From positions 76,570,001-76,634,000 of the forward strand of contig CM060732.1 of the NCBI GenBank assembly GCA_030704615.1: a stretch of DNA of 64,000 bases, in the 5' to 3' direction. Below, piece after piece: positions 21,389 to 33,900 of the stretch. This stretch comes from Takakia lepidozioides (lineage: Eukaryota; Plantae; Bryophyta). The translations under genes and the position numbers were made by a program. The notes below the pieces were generated by a model. The model worked only from the letters and a program-made list of their open reading frames with translations. It was not told the origin of the DNA and did not search any database. Numbering within the stretch: position 1 is the stretch's first letter; each line of letters begins with the position of its first letter.

Positions 21389-24281
21389 TAGGCGGGGTGG
21401 ACCCGTTTCGAGCCTCATGCACGGAATGGACAAGAGACACGATGGACACCCATGGTGCAGAACGAAGACATCCAATATTCAAAATGATGACAAGCTCGTG
21501 TTCAGGAGAGCGGTGTGCAATGGGCACCTGAGGTGCGAGAATTTGAGTTGCAGACATTTCCTGTGGTCAGAGGTTCAGAACCAGAGCGAGTGGGAGGGTG
21601 TCGCCGAGAATCCTTTCAAGCCCGGTGAAGCACCTCCAAGCTCCAACACTTTCGTTTGCAAGTTCTGCAAACAAACGCCTTTCTGTGTGCCAGTGTGTGG
21701 AGCAAGAATGTACTATGTGGTGCACTGTTTTCCAACCTTGACTAGAGCCGGTGTACATTTCGGATTCCACAACCATCCAGTGTCGAAGGGGGATTACAGG
21801 GAAAGCGTTGAAACAATATCCAGGTTGATAAGACAAGAGTATGAGAGCAATCCAACAGCCACCACCTCCACAATTGTTCTTGGAGCAAGCAAGACTTTCC
21901 TGGAAACCCATATTCTTAGTGAAGGAGATTCTGTGGGCAGGAAACTTGACGGGTCAGCCTTGGACAATGTTATGGATCACTTCTCTACCTTGAGCTCGCC
22001 GAACATTAAAAACCAGGTGAATGCATTGAGGATGGGCTATGCTAACAGAGGGTACGTTGATAACATTTTCGAGTTGAAGCGACGGAGTAGGTATGACTAC
22101 ATTCAAGAGAGTGTGTTCCCATGTCTAGGGTCCAACAAAGTGTACGTTTTCAAAATGTCCACAGCTGGGGAGGGCAGCGGAGTCAGTCTTGTGAAGCGCA
22201 TGCAGAAGGGTGGCGATCTTCAGAACTGTTTCCTTATGTTTGATCACGTCAAACGAGTGAAAGATTGGACTACAATGGCGTGTCATGTTTACGATCCTTT
22301 CTACCAGTGAGTCATGACAATTGCAGTGTGTGACATGCAATTAGAGGATGCGGATTCGCAGCAGCTAATGTGGAGAAGTCTCATTCGCGTTATGGACTCC
22401 CAAGGTGTCTCATGTCCAAATTTCGCCGGATTTATGGCAGACAGTGCTCAAGCGAACTTCAATGCTATTCACATTGTGTTTGGATTAGGAGATCCAAAGG
22501 TGCCAATGCCAGGAAGAGAGCGAACATGTCTTTTCCATTGGACCCAGTCCCTTGAGAAACATACAAAGGCAGACATTAAATCTGAAATGCAGCCTATTCA
22601 TCTTAGGCTATGCAAACAGTACAAAGATGCGAAAAGCATGGCAGAGGCGAATACATTGTTCCAGACAATTCGTGCCTGGTGGTGCTCATCTGGGGCTGCA
22701 TCAGAAGACAATATGAGAGCGCTAGAAGACTGGCTGACATTTTGGCACTTCCGGTACAGACAATGGGGAGCATGCATGACAACGGTGAGTGCATTTGAAA
22801 ACTTGAAAATTTCATTGACTTTGTATCCATTTCCAATCATGTCTGTTGTGGTGGGGTGTGCCTGTCCTCTTTCTGATATATGTTTTTCCATTTTGCAGCA
22901 CTTCTCAATTGAGGAGATGGCGGACATGCCCTCTTGCAATCTGGCGGAGACGGTGCACAATGTATGGTTGCAGCAATCTGGAAAGCGGGGCCGGGATTTG
23001 TATGTGGCGACGGCAGATGATCTGATTCGAGCTCTACTGCAACAGACGAGATATCAAGAGTTCTTGCGGGGTGGCATTGGTGGCAAGGGTCCAGACAAGT
23101 CCGAGTTGATGTTGCGAGCAGTAGGAAGATCAAGGGATCCGAACAAGATTGCCAGGGCTGTCAGCATGTGTGCGGAAGGAACTCCACTGGTGTCCAGAGT
23201 TCCCCATCTGGAGGGTGAGGAGAGATTCGGGTCTTGTAAACGGAAATTGAACACCCCTCCTGGGTCGGATGCGGACTCCCACAGGCCGGACAGGGACAAC
23301 TTCTCCATGCCGCGTGTTCCATTTCATCAGAGGTTTGTTTCCGGCATATCCAGTGCGGACGATCCTTTGTCACAAAGCCAAAGGCAGCCATCTCCTATAG
23401 TGAGTGCAATGGGCAGGAGGCGAACGTGCTCCCCCCTATGGTGGAGTCCATGTGCCCCGACGAAGTCTGACACATAGAACGCACCACTGCTGGGTCTCGA
23501 GTGAAGTGCATGGCAATCAGAGCAACCAATCGTGAGAAATGCAAGTCCTCCATATCCAGAGGCAAGGTCCGCACTCTGGCTCCGACCTTCACTGGTTTGT
23601 TCATGCCTTACGAGCAAGCCGAGGCGAAGAACCACAAATTCTGGTTTTGCCCTGACGACTGTTGTAGGTGCGTGCGTGGGACTTGCGACCATCGGTTGTC
23701 ATGAAGCCTCCTCCACCAAGCGTTTGGCCTGTGAAGGTGGGGACACATCTCACAACTCACGAGATTGCCATGCTGGAGGAGGCAGGCTTCTCCCTTCAAC
23801 GAGCCCCCTCTGTACATGCAGGTGCTTCTACTTCAGCAAGTTCTAGAGTGCCACCACCGACGCTGATGCATGGCCAACAAAACGAAATGGGAAGCTGGTT
23901 CGTCGTTTCCCTCCGACTGCCGAGTATTTCGGCAAGGTGGAATCCGCTCGAATGCTTCAAGGTCGTGTTACAGGCACTACGGAAGTTCTACATCCTGGGT
24001 ATGGACGAATCTACACTATGATGACCTCCACATCCGCTATGCACGACCGGTTGTAAGACATCACAGTTTCAAATTTCCCCAACTGCACCTGTCCAGATTT
24101 TGTTGGCATGCTTACAACAAGTTTGGGAAAGACAGACAAATTTATACCCTGCAAGCATCTGTATTTTATCTTCTTGAACAGAAGAATGGTATGTGATCCC
24201 AGACGCGACATCTTCATTCACCAGGCCACCATGAGTTTCAACGAGGTGAATACACTTATGCAGCGGGATAGGAGCACATAA
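21389..24281 (+). pseudogene. 3' part of the MULE/Mutator-like transposase (GCM/WRKY-type Zn domain, DDE core, C-terminal SWIM finger)
   Basis: CNGHLRCENLSC...CKFCKQTPFCVPVCGAR...HFGFHNHP; MFDHVKRV (D1), GFMADSAQA (D2), RTCLFHW (CxxH), SCNLAETVHN (E); SWIM NCTCPDF...CKHLYFI at ~24080-24170. Intron 22785-22898, stop at 22308-22310, and frameshifts after ~23400. Confidence 0.8.
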
Positions 24282-24558
24282 CATCCTCTTCACTTTGGTC
24301 ATCTGCAAATTCCATTACTGGATTTCACAAGAGTTGAAACTTGAACTTGATGTCCCTTCATATATTTGATGCCAATGCAGCCTCCAATTATGTTGTGCAA
24401 TGTGTGCCATTTCTTTCTTGTGTGTAGTCGTTCGAAAATAAATGGAATGGATGCAAATGCTTTCACAAGTCGTTCCTGCATTTTAATTTCTGGTGTTTTG
24501 CATGAATGAATGGCACGGCTATAGGCCCCTCGGCTATAGGTGCTACATGTTTCTGATG

Positions 24559-24787
24559 ACATGGCATCTGACAAGTTGTCCAGATGCCATGTTGTTCTGA
24601 CGACTGCCACGTCAGCCGGATATTGACACGTCAGCAGGCCCACGCCACGTCAGCCTCACGCTCACGCCACGTCAGCGCGACCCCACGCTCACACCATATC
24701 AGCTGGTGTGAGCCTGCGCTCATGCCACATCACCTCCGCGTGAGCGTACGCTCTCATGCTCACGCTCACGCGGAAGTCACGTCCCTC
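24559..24787. repeat. Hairpin plus CCACGTCAGC / CTCACGC repeat cluster; candidate right terminal region of the MULE-like element
   Basis: ACATGGCATCTG (24559-24570) and CAGATGCCATGT (24581-24592) form an inverted repeat. Four (C/A)CACGTCAGC copies lie at 24607-24676. Confidence 0.5.
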
Positions 24788-25657
24788 GTAGACCAGGCTG
24801 CTGGGTCTCCTGGGCGGTGTGGGCAAGAGAGGTGTTGTCGTCGAGGCTGTCTATGAGCATGTCCAAGTTTGTCATCTCAGATAAGGCAATATCCACTGCA
24901 CTGGACAATGGACCTTGCCCTTCGAAGTCATTATTTCGGATGATGTTGTCGGTACGCTCGGCAGACCGGCGGGGCAGAACATCGGCAGATTCAGACTCAC
25001 TGGAGAAATTGATGGGTATAGTCTGCCGGGACCTTCTGGTCCGGCGCGCATCGGGCGGACTCCCATGTAGGCCTGCAATGCTTGCATCCCGAGCAGAGCC
25101 TGCCTGACGCGCTTCGGACGGACCCCCCTGCAGGACTGACAGGTTTGTATCGCGAGCAGACCTTGCCGCTTTCGCTTTTGCTTTTTTTTTTGCCCCATCA
25201 TTGAGTTTTCGCTTGCGGGGAGGCACAGGCATTTCCTCCAGACTGCCTAGTTGCATCCTTCCAGCAGCCCGCCAGTACCGTTGGCGCAATTCCTATGTAC
25301 TTCGCGGAACTGGGTTTGCGCCGCGGCTATTGAAAACAGCCTCATCTTTAGCTTTGTGCGATACCGGTATGGGCCACGGCTTGAAATTCGGTGGAATGGT
25401 GTCCTTGCAATGTCCACACAATGGCGGTTCAACTGGATTTTGTCCTTTATGGCTTCCTCACAGAAAGGACACCTGAGCCTATCCTTCTTCCATTCTGGGT
25501 TCTCCTCCTTGGCTACACGGAGATCAATACATGCTTCCACTATTTTGCGATCGTACTCCTGTGGGGAGTACCAATATCTTCGCAGCTTCTTCAAACGCGT
25601 GACGTGCACAAAGTCGATCCAGTCAAGTCCGCCCTTCGCGCAGGCTTCCTCCATCGC
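24777..25657 (-). pseudogene. Orphan, probably TE-associated, ORF with a CxxC...H-C zinc-finger-like motif and a basic NLS-like tract
   Basis: Overlapping ORFs 25247..25654 (LRCPFCEEAIKDKIQLNRHC) and 24777..25289 (PPRKRKLNDGAKKKAKAK) are separated by a frameshift. A splice-acceptor-like tgtatag lies just upstream. Confidence 0.4.
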
Positions 25658-27633
25658 CTATACAACACAACACAACAGAGAAAGGCAGAGGGCCCAACAA
25701 AAAGGGAGAAGTGCAAAGAATGGAGGAGTCCAGAAAGTGCGAGAACCGGCGAGAACGAGCATTACTTACGAGGACAGACAGAGAAGCGAGAACCAAAACT
25801 ACAAGTACACAGCAGAAGACGAGGAACGCAATGGGCTACGGGAGCAACGGTCTTGGCGACTGTTTGGGGTCTAAGATGACTCTCCAAATCTGCGCGCGGA
25901 AAGAAGTCTGCGCAAGGAAGACAGACGTTGACATAAAAGCAGACCACAACACCGGCGGGAAGGCGAAGTTGAAGTTCAAGTTGACCCGGGAGCGGAAATG
26001 CAGTACACCCACAACACGACGTGGCGCACCATGATTGACGCCGCCACCGCCGCCGTTGCATTTACTAGGTCTACCCAGTGCACAGTAGACCAAGTGAATA
26101 GCAGACAGAGTCAAGCAGACTAGAATCAGCAGACCGATTTGAGCAGACCAACACGTAATCCACTAAGCAGGTCCACCCGACTGCAACAGGCTGACGACGA
26201 AACAGAGTATACAAAATAGACAAACTGGCAGATCGACAGACTGGCAGGTCAACATGGTCATTGTTCCGTCGCCCTCTGTAACAAGCTGCAGACAAACTAG
26301 ACTGACGGTGCGACAGAGACAACAAACTAGCTGAAAAGATTGGCAGGACAACAGACTGGCAGACGGAAGGGTGTAATGCCAAATTTTCGATGCGGCACCA
26401 TGGTTTCACAGTTTCTCACAACAGACCAGCGTACACAGACGCCGCAAGACCGTTGTCAGGACAGACTAACATCGCAACAAACTCGCGAACATATTCCAGG
26501 CCGATGTGAGGACACAGCCTCCCGAAGAGGCTCCGATTACCACACAACGAAGCAAGACTAACGAAGCAACATACATATGGATATCCAAGCCGACAAGTAT
26601 TGGCTGTCGAACCCGACTTTTTTACAGGGAGACCCATACTGCAGATGTGAGATAGTTCACGAGTCTCAGGCTAACACAACCCAACAGACACAATTGACAG
26701 ACTGACGATAATTCTGCCCAAGACACACAAAAAGTTCTTGGCTGGATATGGAATCTGCAATGTTTTTACACGTCCTCATATGCATATACTTCGGCGATTT
26801 TCGCTATCATCTTGCCCATGGTTACCGTTCCAGACTGAGGAGGTGATCTAACGGATGGATGCGGCTACCTCAACATGAATAATTATAAAATTGAACGACA
26901 CCATATCCCAAATGTAAACTAAGGTCGTCTTTAGGCAAGCTTGTAATCGGTCCGCCCATTGGAATAAACCCTAACAACACATTGGCCATTTTGCGATGAC
27001 CGGACAAAGGCCAAACCAAGTGGGCAAAACGCATTACATGTACAATGAAATCGCAAAAACGGCCTCGCCAACAACAAAAAAATGACAAAAATAGTGGAAG
27101 CATATGCACGATGGTGGCTGTAGGGCTCCGACTCCTCTCCTGCCCTTCCACATCATGACAAAATGTCACGAAAACACAAAGACACGAACACCAGGCAACG
27201 ACTACCGCCCACACGCACCGCAGTTGCATACAACCAAGAGCGACATCTTGATGACAATGGCGAGATAAGGCCCTAAATTGGAGGGTTGCGATGGGATTCG
27301 TCGTGGACGGCCCAGATCTTGCGGGCGGGCGGACACGCGGACACGCGGACTAGAGGGAGCGGAGCTGCCGCAGCGGACCCGCCCCAGCGGACAGGCCGGT
27401 GGACGGAGCCCGGGAGGGGCTGGTGCAACCGCGGCCGCAGCGGCGGGCGGGTGGGCGCGGGTGGGGGGGCGCCCCTCGTCCGGACGACGGGCCCACCGTC
27501 CTTCTCGCACGCTTGCGTTCATGACCCTATTATTGTAAAATGAGAGGCCCTTTGTGATACCAAGGGTGAATTGAATACACAACCACTTCCGAGGTGGTCT
27601 TCGGGAGGCGTCATCAATATATGAAGGAAGCCT

Positions 27634-27642
27634 GTTTGTTTG

Positions 27643-27677
<35 letters not shown>

Positions 27678-27678
27678 G
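27634..27678. repeat. (TTTG)/(TTTTG) microsatellite
   Basis: Seen directly. Confidence 0.9.
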
Positions 27679-27954
27679 TAGCGTTGAGATGTCCCAAACC
27701 GCAAGGCCCCGACGTTGGTGCTTGGTACCGTCGGAAAGCCCTGGATGAGGAGGGGTGCACCGGCTTGGTCTCATGATTTTTGGACTTGTGGTGTCGGAGA
27801 TACGGAATTCCAAGTACTTTTGGTTGCTGGAAATTCACAAAAAATAGCAAAAATGGCAAAGTGGGCATTCGTGGGACACTCGACCGGAGAGATATCAAGG
27901 AAAAGGTCTCCAGTTCAAATTTGCTCGTAGGCTCTCTGAAAAAAAAAATGATTA

Positions 27955-28952
27955 TATGTGGGATTGCACTTAGATGACAATGGACACTTGGGCCTGGGAG
28001 ATGCACTTGGATACATGAATAGAAAATTGCACTTGGGCTTAGATTTCAATTCTTCACACATAACGGCATAGGCTACACTAGAGGTCGCACTGGGGCCTAG
28101 ACATAGGAGACCCACTTGGATACATAAGAAATTGCACTTGGGCTTAGATTTCAATTCTTCACAGGTGGGCCTTGACACTACTTGATGCTACTTGAATACA
28201 TAGGGGATCGCACTTGGACTTAGATTTCAATTCTTAACACATGGGCCAATGGCGCAGGCTATCCAAGGCCTAGATCTCCCAAATAGGAGGGTCTCTAGAT
28301 ACATAGGGGATTGCACTTGGACTTAGATGACATTGGACACTTGGGCCAACGGCACATGCTACCCTAGGACATTGATTAGAGCCTCGACAAGAGATATAAT
28401 ATCAATAATGATCGAAGATATTACGACTCAATAAATTCATGAAAAGGGAAAAATCGGGCCTTAAACATAGGAGATGTGCTTGGATACATAAGAGATTGCA
28501 CACTAGGCTTAGATGGGCCTCGACATAGGAGACGCACATGGGAGAGGCCCTTGAATACAAAGAAGATTGCACTTGGGCTTAGATGGGCCTCGACATAGGA
28601 GACGCATTGGGATACATAGGAAATTGCACTTGGTCTTAGATGTCAGTTCTTCACACATGGGCCAAAGGTATAGGCTACCCTAGAGGTCGCACGAGGTCGC
28701 ACTTGGGCCTCGACATAGGAAATTGCACTTGGTCTTAGATGTCAGTTCTTTACACATGGGCCAAAGGTATAGGCTGCCCTAAAGGTCGCCGACGCAATGG
28801 GATACATAGAAGATCTTACACTTGGGCCAACCGCAGAGGCTATCCTAGAGGTCACATTTGGGCCTTGACATAGGAGGCACACTTGGATAAGGGGGGATTG
28901 CACTTGGACTTAGATCACATTGGACACTTGGGCCAACGGCACATGCTACCCT
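27955..28952. repeat. ~1-kb degenerate modular tandem repeat
   Basis: About ten copies of (G/A)ATTGCACTTGG(G/A/T)CTTAGAT, interleaved with GGGCCT(C/T)GACATAGGA, GGATACATAG and GGCTACCCTAGAGGTCGCAC modules at irregular spacing. Confidence 0.85.
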
Positions 28953-30737
28953 AATATATATTATATCTTTACATAATATTTCCCCATTAAGTTTTGCTAA
29001 CCCTCCATGGCTTCCTTCCTTCCCTTCCTCTGGAGCGTTTCGCTCATCTCATAACTTATTAATGGCTGGGTATCACTCACCAGGCCTTCCAAGGTGTGCA
29101 GGGCTCTACTATTGAATGGCAACGGTGGCTCAGCATAGCGGACTGTACACTGCGCACTGCACACTCAAACAAGGGTATGGCAGCTTGGTTCTAAAGGTGG
29201 GGAATCCAACGTAGGGTCGTTTGGAGCCTCTCTTTCTCGTCTTTCTCCTCTCTTATGCTGCATTCCCATGTCTGCGCGAATGCGGCATCCTTGTTCGTGA
29301 TCTCAATAGCTATGTTGCTTTTTAGAGACGCGTCTTTTCGGCATCATCTGTGCTATTGTGTCCAAGCCGAATGGTTGTCCTTCTGGAAAAGACTTAGTGT
29401 AAATATGTGGTATACCGCATCATACCGCTATAGTGATCACCACATACATCCATAGAGAACTAGATGCATGAGTGGATCCAACTTCCTCCGCAAACGAGAT
29501 AGTACAATCGTGATGCAACACAGTAGTCTTCCCTCGGGAGGTCGAATGCTGTAGGGCTTTTTTAATGCGAGAATATACCACTACCACTGTCTAATTCCTA
29601 TCCTTTCTCATATACCTGTGGCGAGGGGACGGAGAGTTTCCTGTTTGGACCAGAGACTCCAAATGCCCAGAGGCAAAGTGGGACCCCCAAGCCACCAGAT
29701 GGGTCGCAGGGTTGGAGCAGGCAGATATTTGCACAAACCCATAGGTTTTGTGAGTGCGCCCAGTAGATTATCCTTAAATGCCTTATCCCTTCCTCATTTC
29801 CAGATATCCCCATGTGCCAGAATCATCCACAAGGGAAGAAAGCGACTACACCTCTTGCCAGAAGAGAGAAATCCAACACCATGTAGGCCTACACCTTTTA
29901 TTACTCCAGTCAGTGCACTGCCCATATTCATCTGTGGGTCCACCCGCCACAACTTTCACGTGACGACAAAAAGGTGATATGTAGGTGGTAAGTGTAAGCT
30001 TTGAAAAAGCTTTAATCTTTGGTGGGTAGAGACTGTGGCAAAGGCCTTGGACCAAAGTGGATCAGCTGCATGACATATGATGAGAGCTTGCTTGCCACAG
30101 TCTTGCGACCGGGCCCAGTTTAGATCCTTTTCAATCTCCTCCTCAAGCTTCACTTGCCCACGTGATTCTGCTTACATCCACAAACTCAGCAGAAAAAAAG
30201 ATGGAATGATTGGCTGCACAGGGCGAGCACAGGGCTCACCACAACTGTGAGATTATTCCCCATCACGGGAAGCAGGAATCACACTGAGTGAAGGTATATA
30301 ATGAAGATCTACTGTGTTCTCTAGTGGTTATTAGCTTGTATGGGGCGGAATCAATCATGGGACTGTGTCAACCTGCATCTTCATCTTTTCGTGTAAAATA
30401 ACCTTCTGGAAAGTGATGAGGCAGATATCTCAAGGCACCACATTACCAAAGGAAAGTGTGAAGTGCGGACCAGTGCAAATCTGAACAAGTTCAGGGAAGC
30501 CGGGAAGCTTCCAAATTCCAGTGTTGTTGGAAACAAGGGACAGCTGAGTCTGCATGCAGGCCTTCAACAAAGGAAAACAAAATGTTAATGCGTTTCGCTG
30601 TAGGGATTGGAATGTTAAGACTTTGCTCTCAGCAAGAAAACGTGTTCACTCGAATGAATTCTTCATATGCAGAATTCAGACATTTGCGAAACTTTCTACC
30701 TTAAAGAAACTCTCTTTATCTTTAGCTTTCTAGCTAC

Positions 30738-30991
30738 TTACTTTACTATACTTTACCTTTCTGGCTACTGAAACACATCACTCCCATCAGTCCATTTGTT
30801 CGCAAAAGTTGGATGATATTCATACTTTACTTTACTTTACCTTTCTGGCTACTGAAACACATCACTCCCATCAGTCCATTTGTTCGCAAAAGTTGGATGA
30901 TATTCATACTTTACTTTACTTTACCTTTCTGGCTACTGAAACACATCACTCCCATCAGTCCATTTGTTCGCAAAAATTGGATGATATTCAT
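30738..30991. repeat. 84-bp tandem repeat, about 3 near-identical copies
   Basis: TACTTTACCTTTCTGGCTACTGAAACACATCACTCCCATCAGTCCATTTGTTCGCAAAA(G/A)TTGGATGATATTCAT; GGATGATATT recurs at 30811, 30895 and 30979. Confidence 0.95.
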
Positions 30992-33900
30992 CCAAGTAAA
31001 CCCCATCAAAATTCAAAATGTGAGTTTACATCCATTATACAAGATGCCCTCATGGATATCTTAGATTCTTTTTCTTTGTGCTGTAACTTGGAGGCACGTG
31101 CTCTGTTTTCCACCGGGCAGGTGTCAAGGGCAGGTGCAATGGACAAGGCTTATGAGATTGTCTAAATCATTTAATTCAGTTGTATTACAGCGTATATATA
31201 TATATATATGGTTAACCCTAATGTTGCTATGTAGCGGTGGAGTGGGACTTGTGTCGGACAGCGGTGGAGTCGGTCAGTGTTTTTTTTTTTTTTTTCAATT
31301 TTTCAAACATCGCCACCTGTAAGCTCTACCCAGCGCCAACGTGGCGAGAATCAGGAGATGGCAGGGTTAAAGAAGTGGCTGTATAACATGTGGCACGTAT
31401 TAACAGGTCCATGTAGGAAAATCCAGGCTCCTGATATTCACCTACTGGCGCCTTTTACTTTACCACCATAATTGCTTTGTACAAGTAACCGACCCGTTTT
31501 ATTATAACTATTATTATTATTATAAAAACATTCTCCAGGTTGTCACTTGTCACTGTGGTAAAAGTGACAAGTCTCAAAAATTATACAAAATGAAGTTTAC
31601 TGCATTGTACCTACCTCCGCTGTCCGGTGATAATTAAATCCGAAAACAGAGTGAGGGGAAAATTTAGCTAAAGTTCTTCCAGTGCCAGATGTCTCACATA
31701 TTTGACCTCAAAACCTTTCCACGTGTCACTGGGATAAAGTCTAATTGATGAGGCCAAAATTGTACAAAATAAAGTTTACTTTTTGTAAGAACAAAAAAGT
31801 TTACTGATATTAGCACTGCAGTGGCGGTGGTACCGTTGTTTTTCTATTTATAAAGTGAATGAGTGGGTCTGGGCTGCCTATGGACTAACTCTGGTTAGTT
31901 AGGGGACTGGGGTTTAGGGGGCATTTAGTCGACTTCTAATTACAATTAGATTATCCAATAGTTAGGCCTGGAAGACCCGGAAAATGGGCTTATTACAAGA
32001 GAATTATGGGGGGTAAGATCGAAAATTGAATATCAGGAGGGCTGATTTTTCCTACGTGAACCTGTTGAAAAATGCCACCTGTACATGACCGATTTTCTAA
32101 CCCTGCCACCTCGTTATTGTCGCCGCATGGGTGTTGTATAGAATTTACATGTGACCCCGTGGCAATTTTGGAAAAATGGAAAAGAAAAACACTAGTTGGA
32201 ATGCTTGTGGTAAAACCCATCAATTTCATCTAGGTTACCTGAGATCTCTTCACATATCCCATGGATGAGTCAGCTTGTAGCAGGAATTTTTGGGCTGCCC
32301 ATCCTTGATTCATCCATCGGCACGCAGGAGCTACATCGAAAACGCAGCTCTGAAAGGGATGAAAATTTGTGCGAAGGTGGATCTTGTGAGGAATGTCGCG
32401 ATGCTCGTAGGAAAAAACAAAATGCCGCCCGGCGATCTTTTTTGTCCTCCACCAAATTGTTTCTTAAAAAAGTTCTTATTTTAAGAAAGGGGATCTTGTG
32501 TGAAATTGTTTTGAGGGATATCCGGCCGAGTTAAATTCACCTTCCAACTTCCAACCTTCCCGTTAAAAAAATAAAAATAAAAATAAAAAACAAATAAAAA
32601 AACTCACCTTCATACGGTGGATGCTAGTGTTCTATATATAGCTCTTTTTTGGACTTAAAGAAATATTATCTCTTTATGTCTTTATCTTTTTGGGGTTAAT
32701 TTAAAAAGTTAACCTAAAATAGCCACACCTGGCTATTACTATTGTTGGATTGGACAATTGTGGTGGAAAAACACTTATTTAAGAAGATTTTGAGTTAAGA
32801 TTTGGTTGGGCGACTCACTGTTTCAACAACAATCAAGCAAAATAACTTCTGACATATTTTGTTGACATAAACATTTCTTTATATATGTATATATTTCGTT
32901 TTTAAATATTTGCGCTTGTATATGAAGTAAAAGTAACTTTAACTTAGATGATTTCAACTCTGTAAGACAGAAAGTTGTCAGGGCCACTGTCCCCTGTTCT
33001 TTATATAGAACAAAAACACAAAAAACTCTGTAATGGATACCCACAAAGTAGAACCTCCATGGACGCATCTTTCTCAGAACATTATGGGAGAGATGAATTT
33101 TCGACAACGAGACAAAAAAAAACAAAAAAACTTAATGACATAATATTGACCGCAGTCAGCAGTTTCTTTTCAAATAAAATAAAATAAAAGGGTCAGCAGT
33201 AAATAAGAGCCCCGTCCCGTCTGCGGAGTAAAATTATGTATTGAAAAAGGTTGTTTGATGTTACACCAACTTTATCTTTATCTCTGCCCTAAAAGTCAAA
33301 AGGCCTGCATCTTATCCAGGCTATAACGAGGTGTCTCTCATTGGGCAGGCCCAGGTGGACCATGTGAAGTATGCACGTGGCAGCAGGTAAGAGGGAAAGA
33401 CCCTGCAAAGGTGGAAATTCAGGGCTTGTGGTCTGTGGCTTGTCCACCTGTCCTGATATTCTGCATCCATTCCTTCCCTTTTTCCTCTCCATCGCTGGAA
33501 AGCGATTGGAAAATCCGCACCCCTAAATCTGTTCCTCTGATCGAGGCTCTGATGGTTTGCTAGGCTGCTGGTGTTCGGAACGAAGTTTAGATCTGGACTG
33601 TCTGCGCTCTGGATGCAGGTATTCACAAGGTTTCTGTCGCATGAATCGGAATTGACAAGCAGTGGTGACATCTTGCAAGCAATAGTGAGTTCATTGAACT
33701 GGGTGTTGATGGTCAGTGATGGGTGTATCGTGCTGTAGAGTTTTGATCGATTAGGAGTAGAGAAAGCTCTAATCTGAGCTGGTTTGATCCGTCTGCATGG
33801 AAATGGTGCACTATTCTGCGGAAATGGATTTTGAAGTAAGCTGTCTTATGAGTTACTAGGGGTGGTATGTCGTATTGGAGAGCTTCATCCTCCACCTCTG

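Noticed and set aside
27955-28952. CRISPR-like appearance of recurring GATTGCACTTGGGCTTAGAT
   Set aside because: Eukaryotic context, degenerate repeats, non-unique irregular spacers and no cas genes.
29590-30200. Short ORFs suggesting a decayed gene
   Set aside because: No recognisable motif or consistent frame, so no call can be supported.
31193-33290. Possible MITE/Helitron remnants ((TA)n, ACTTGTCAC/GTGACAAGT hairpin, repeated AAAGTTTACT)
   Set aside because: Could not define matching termini or a TSD by eye.
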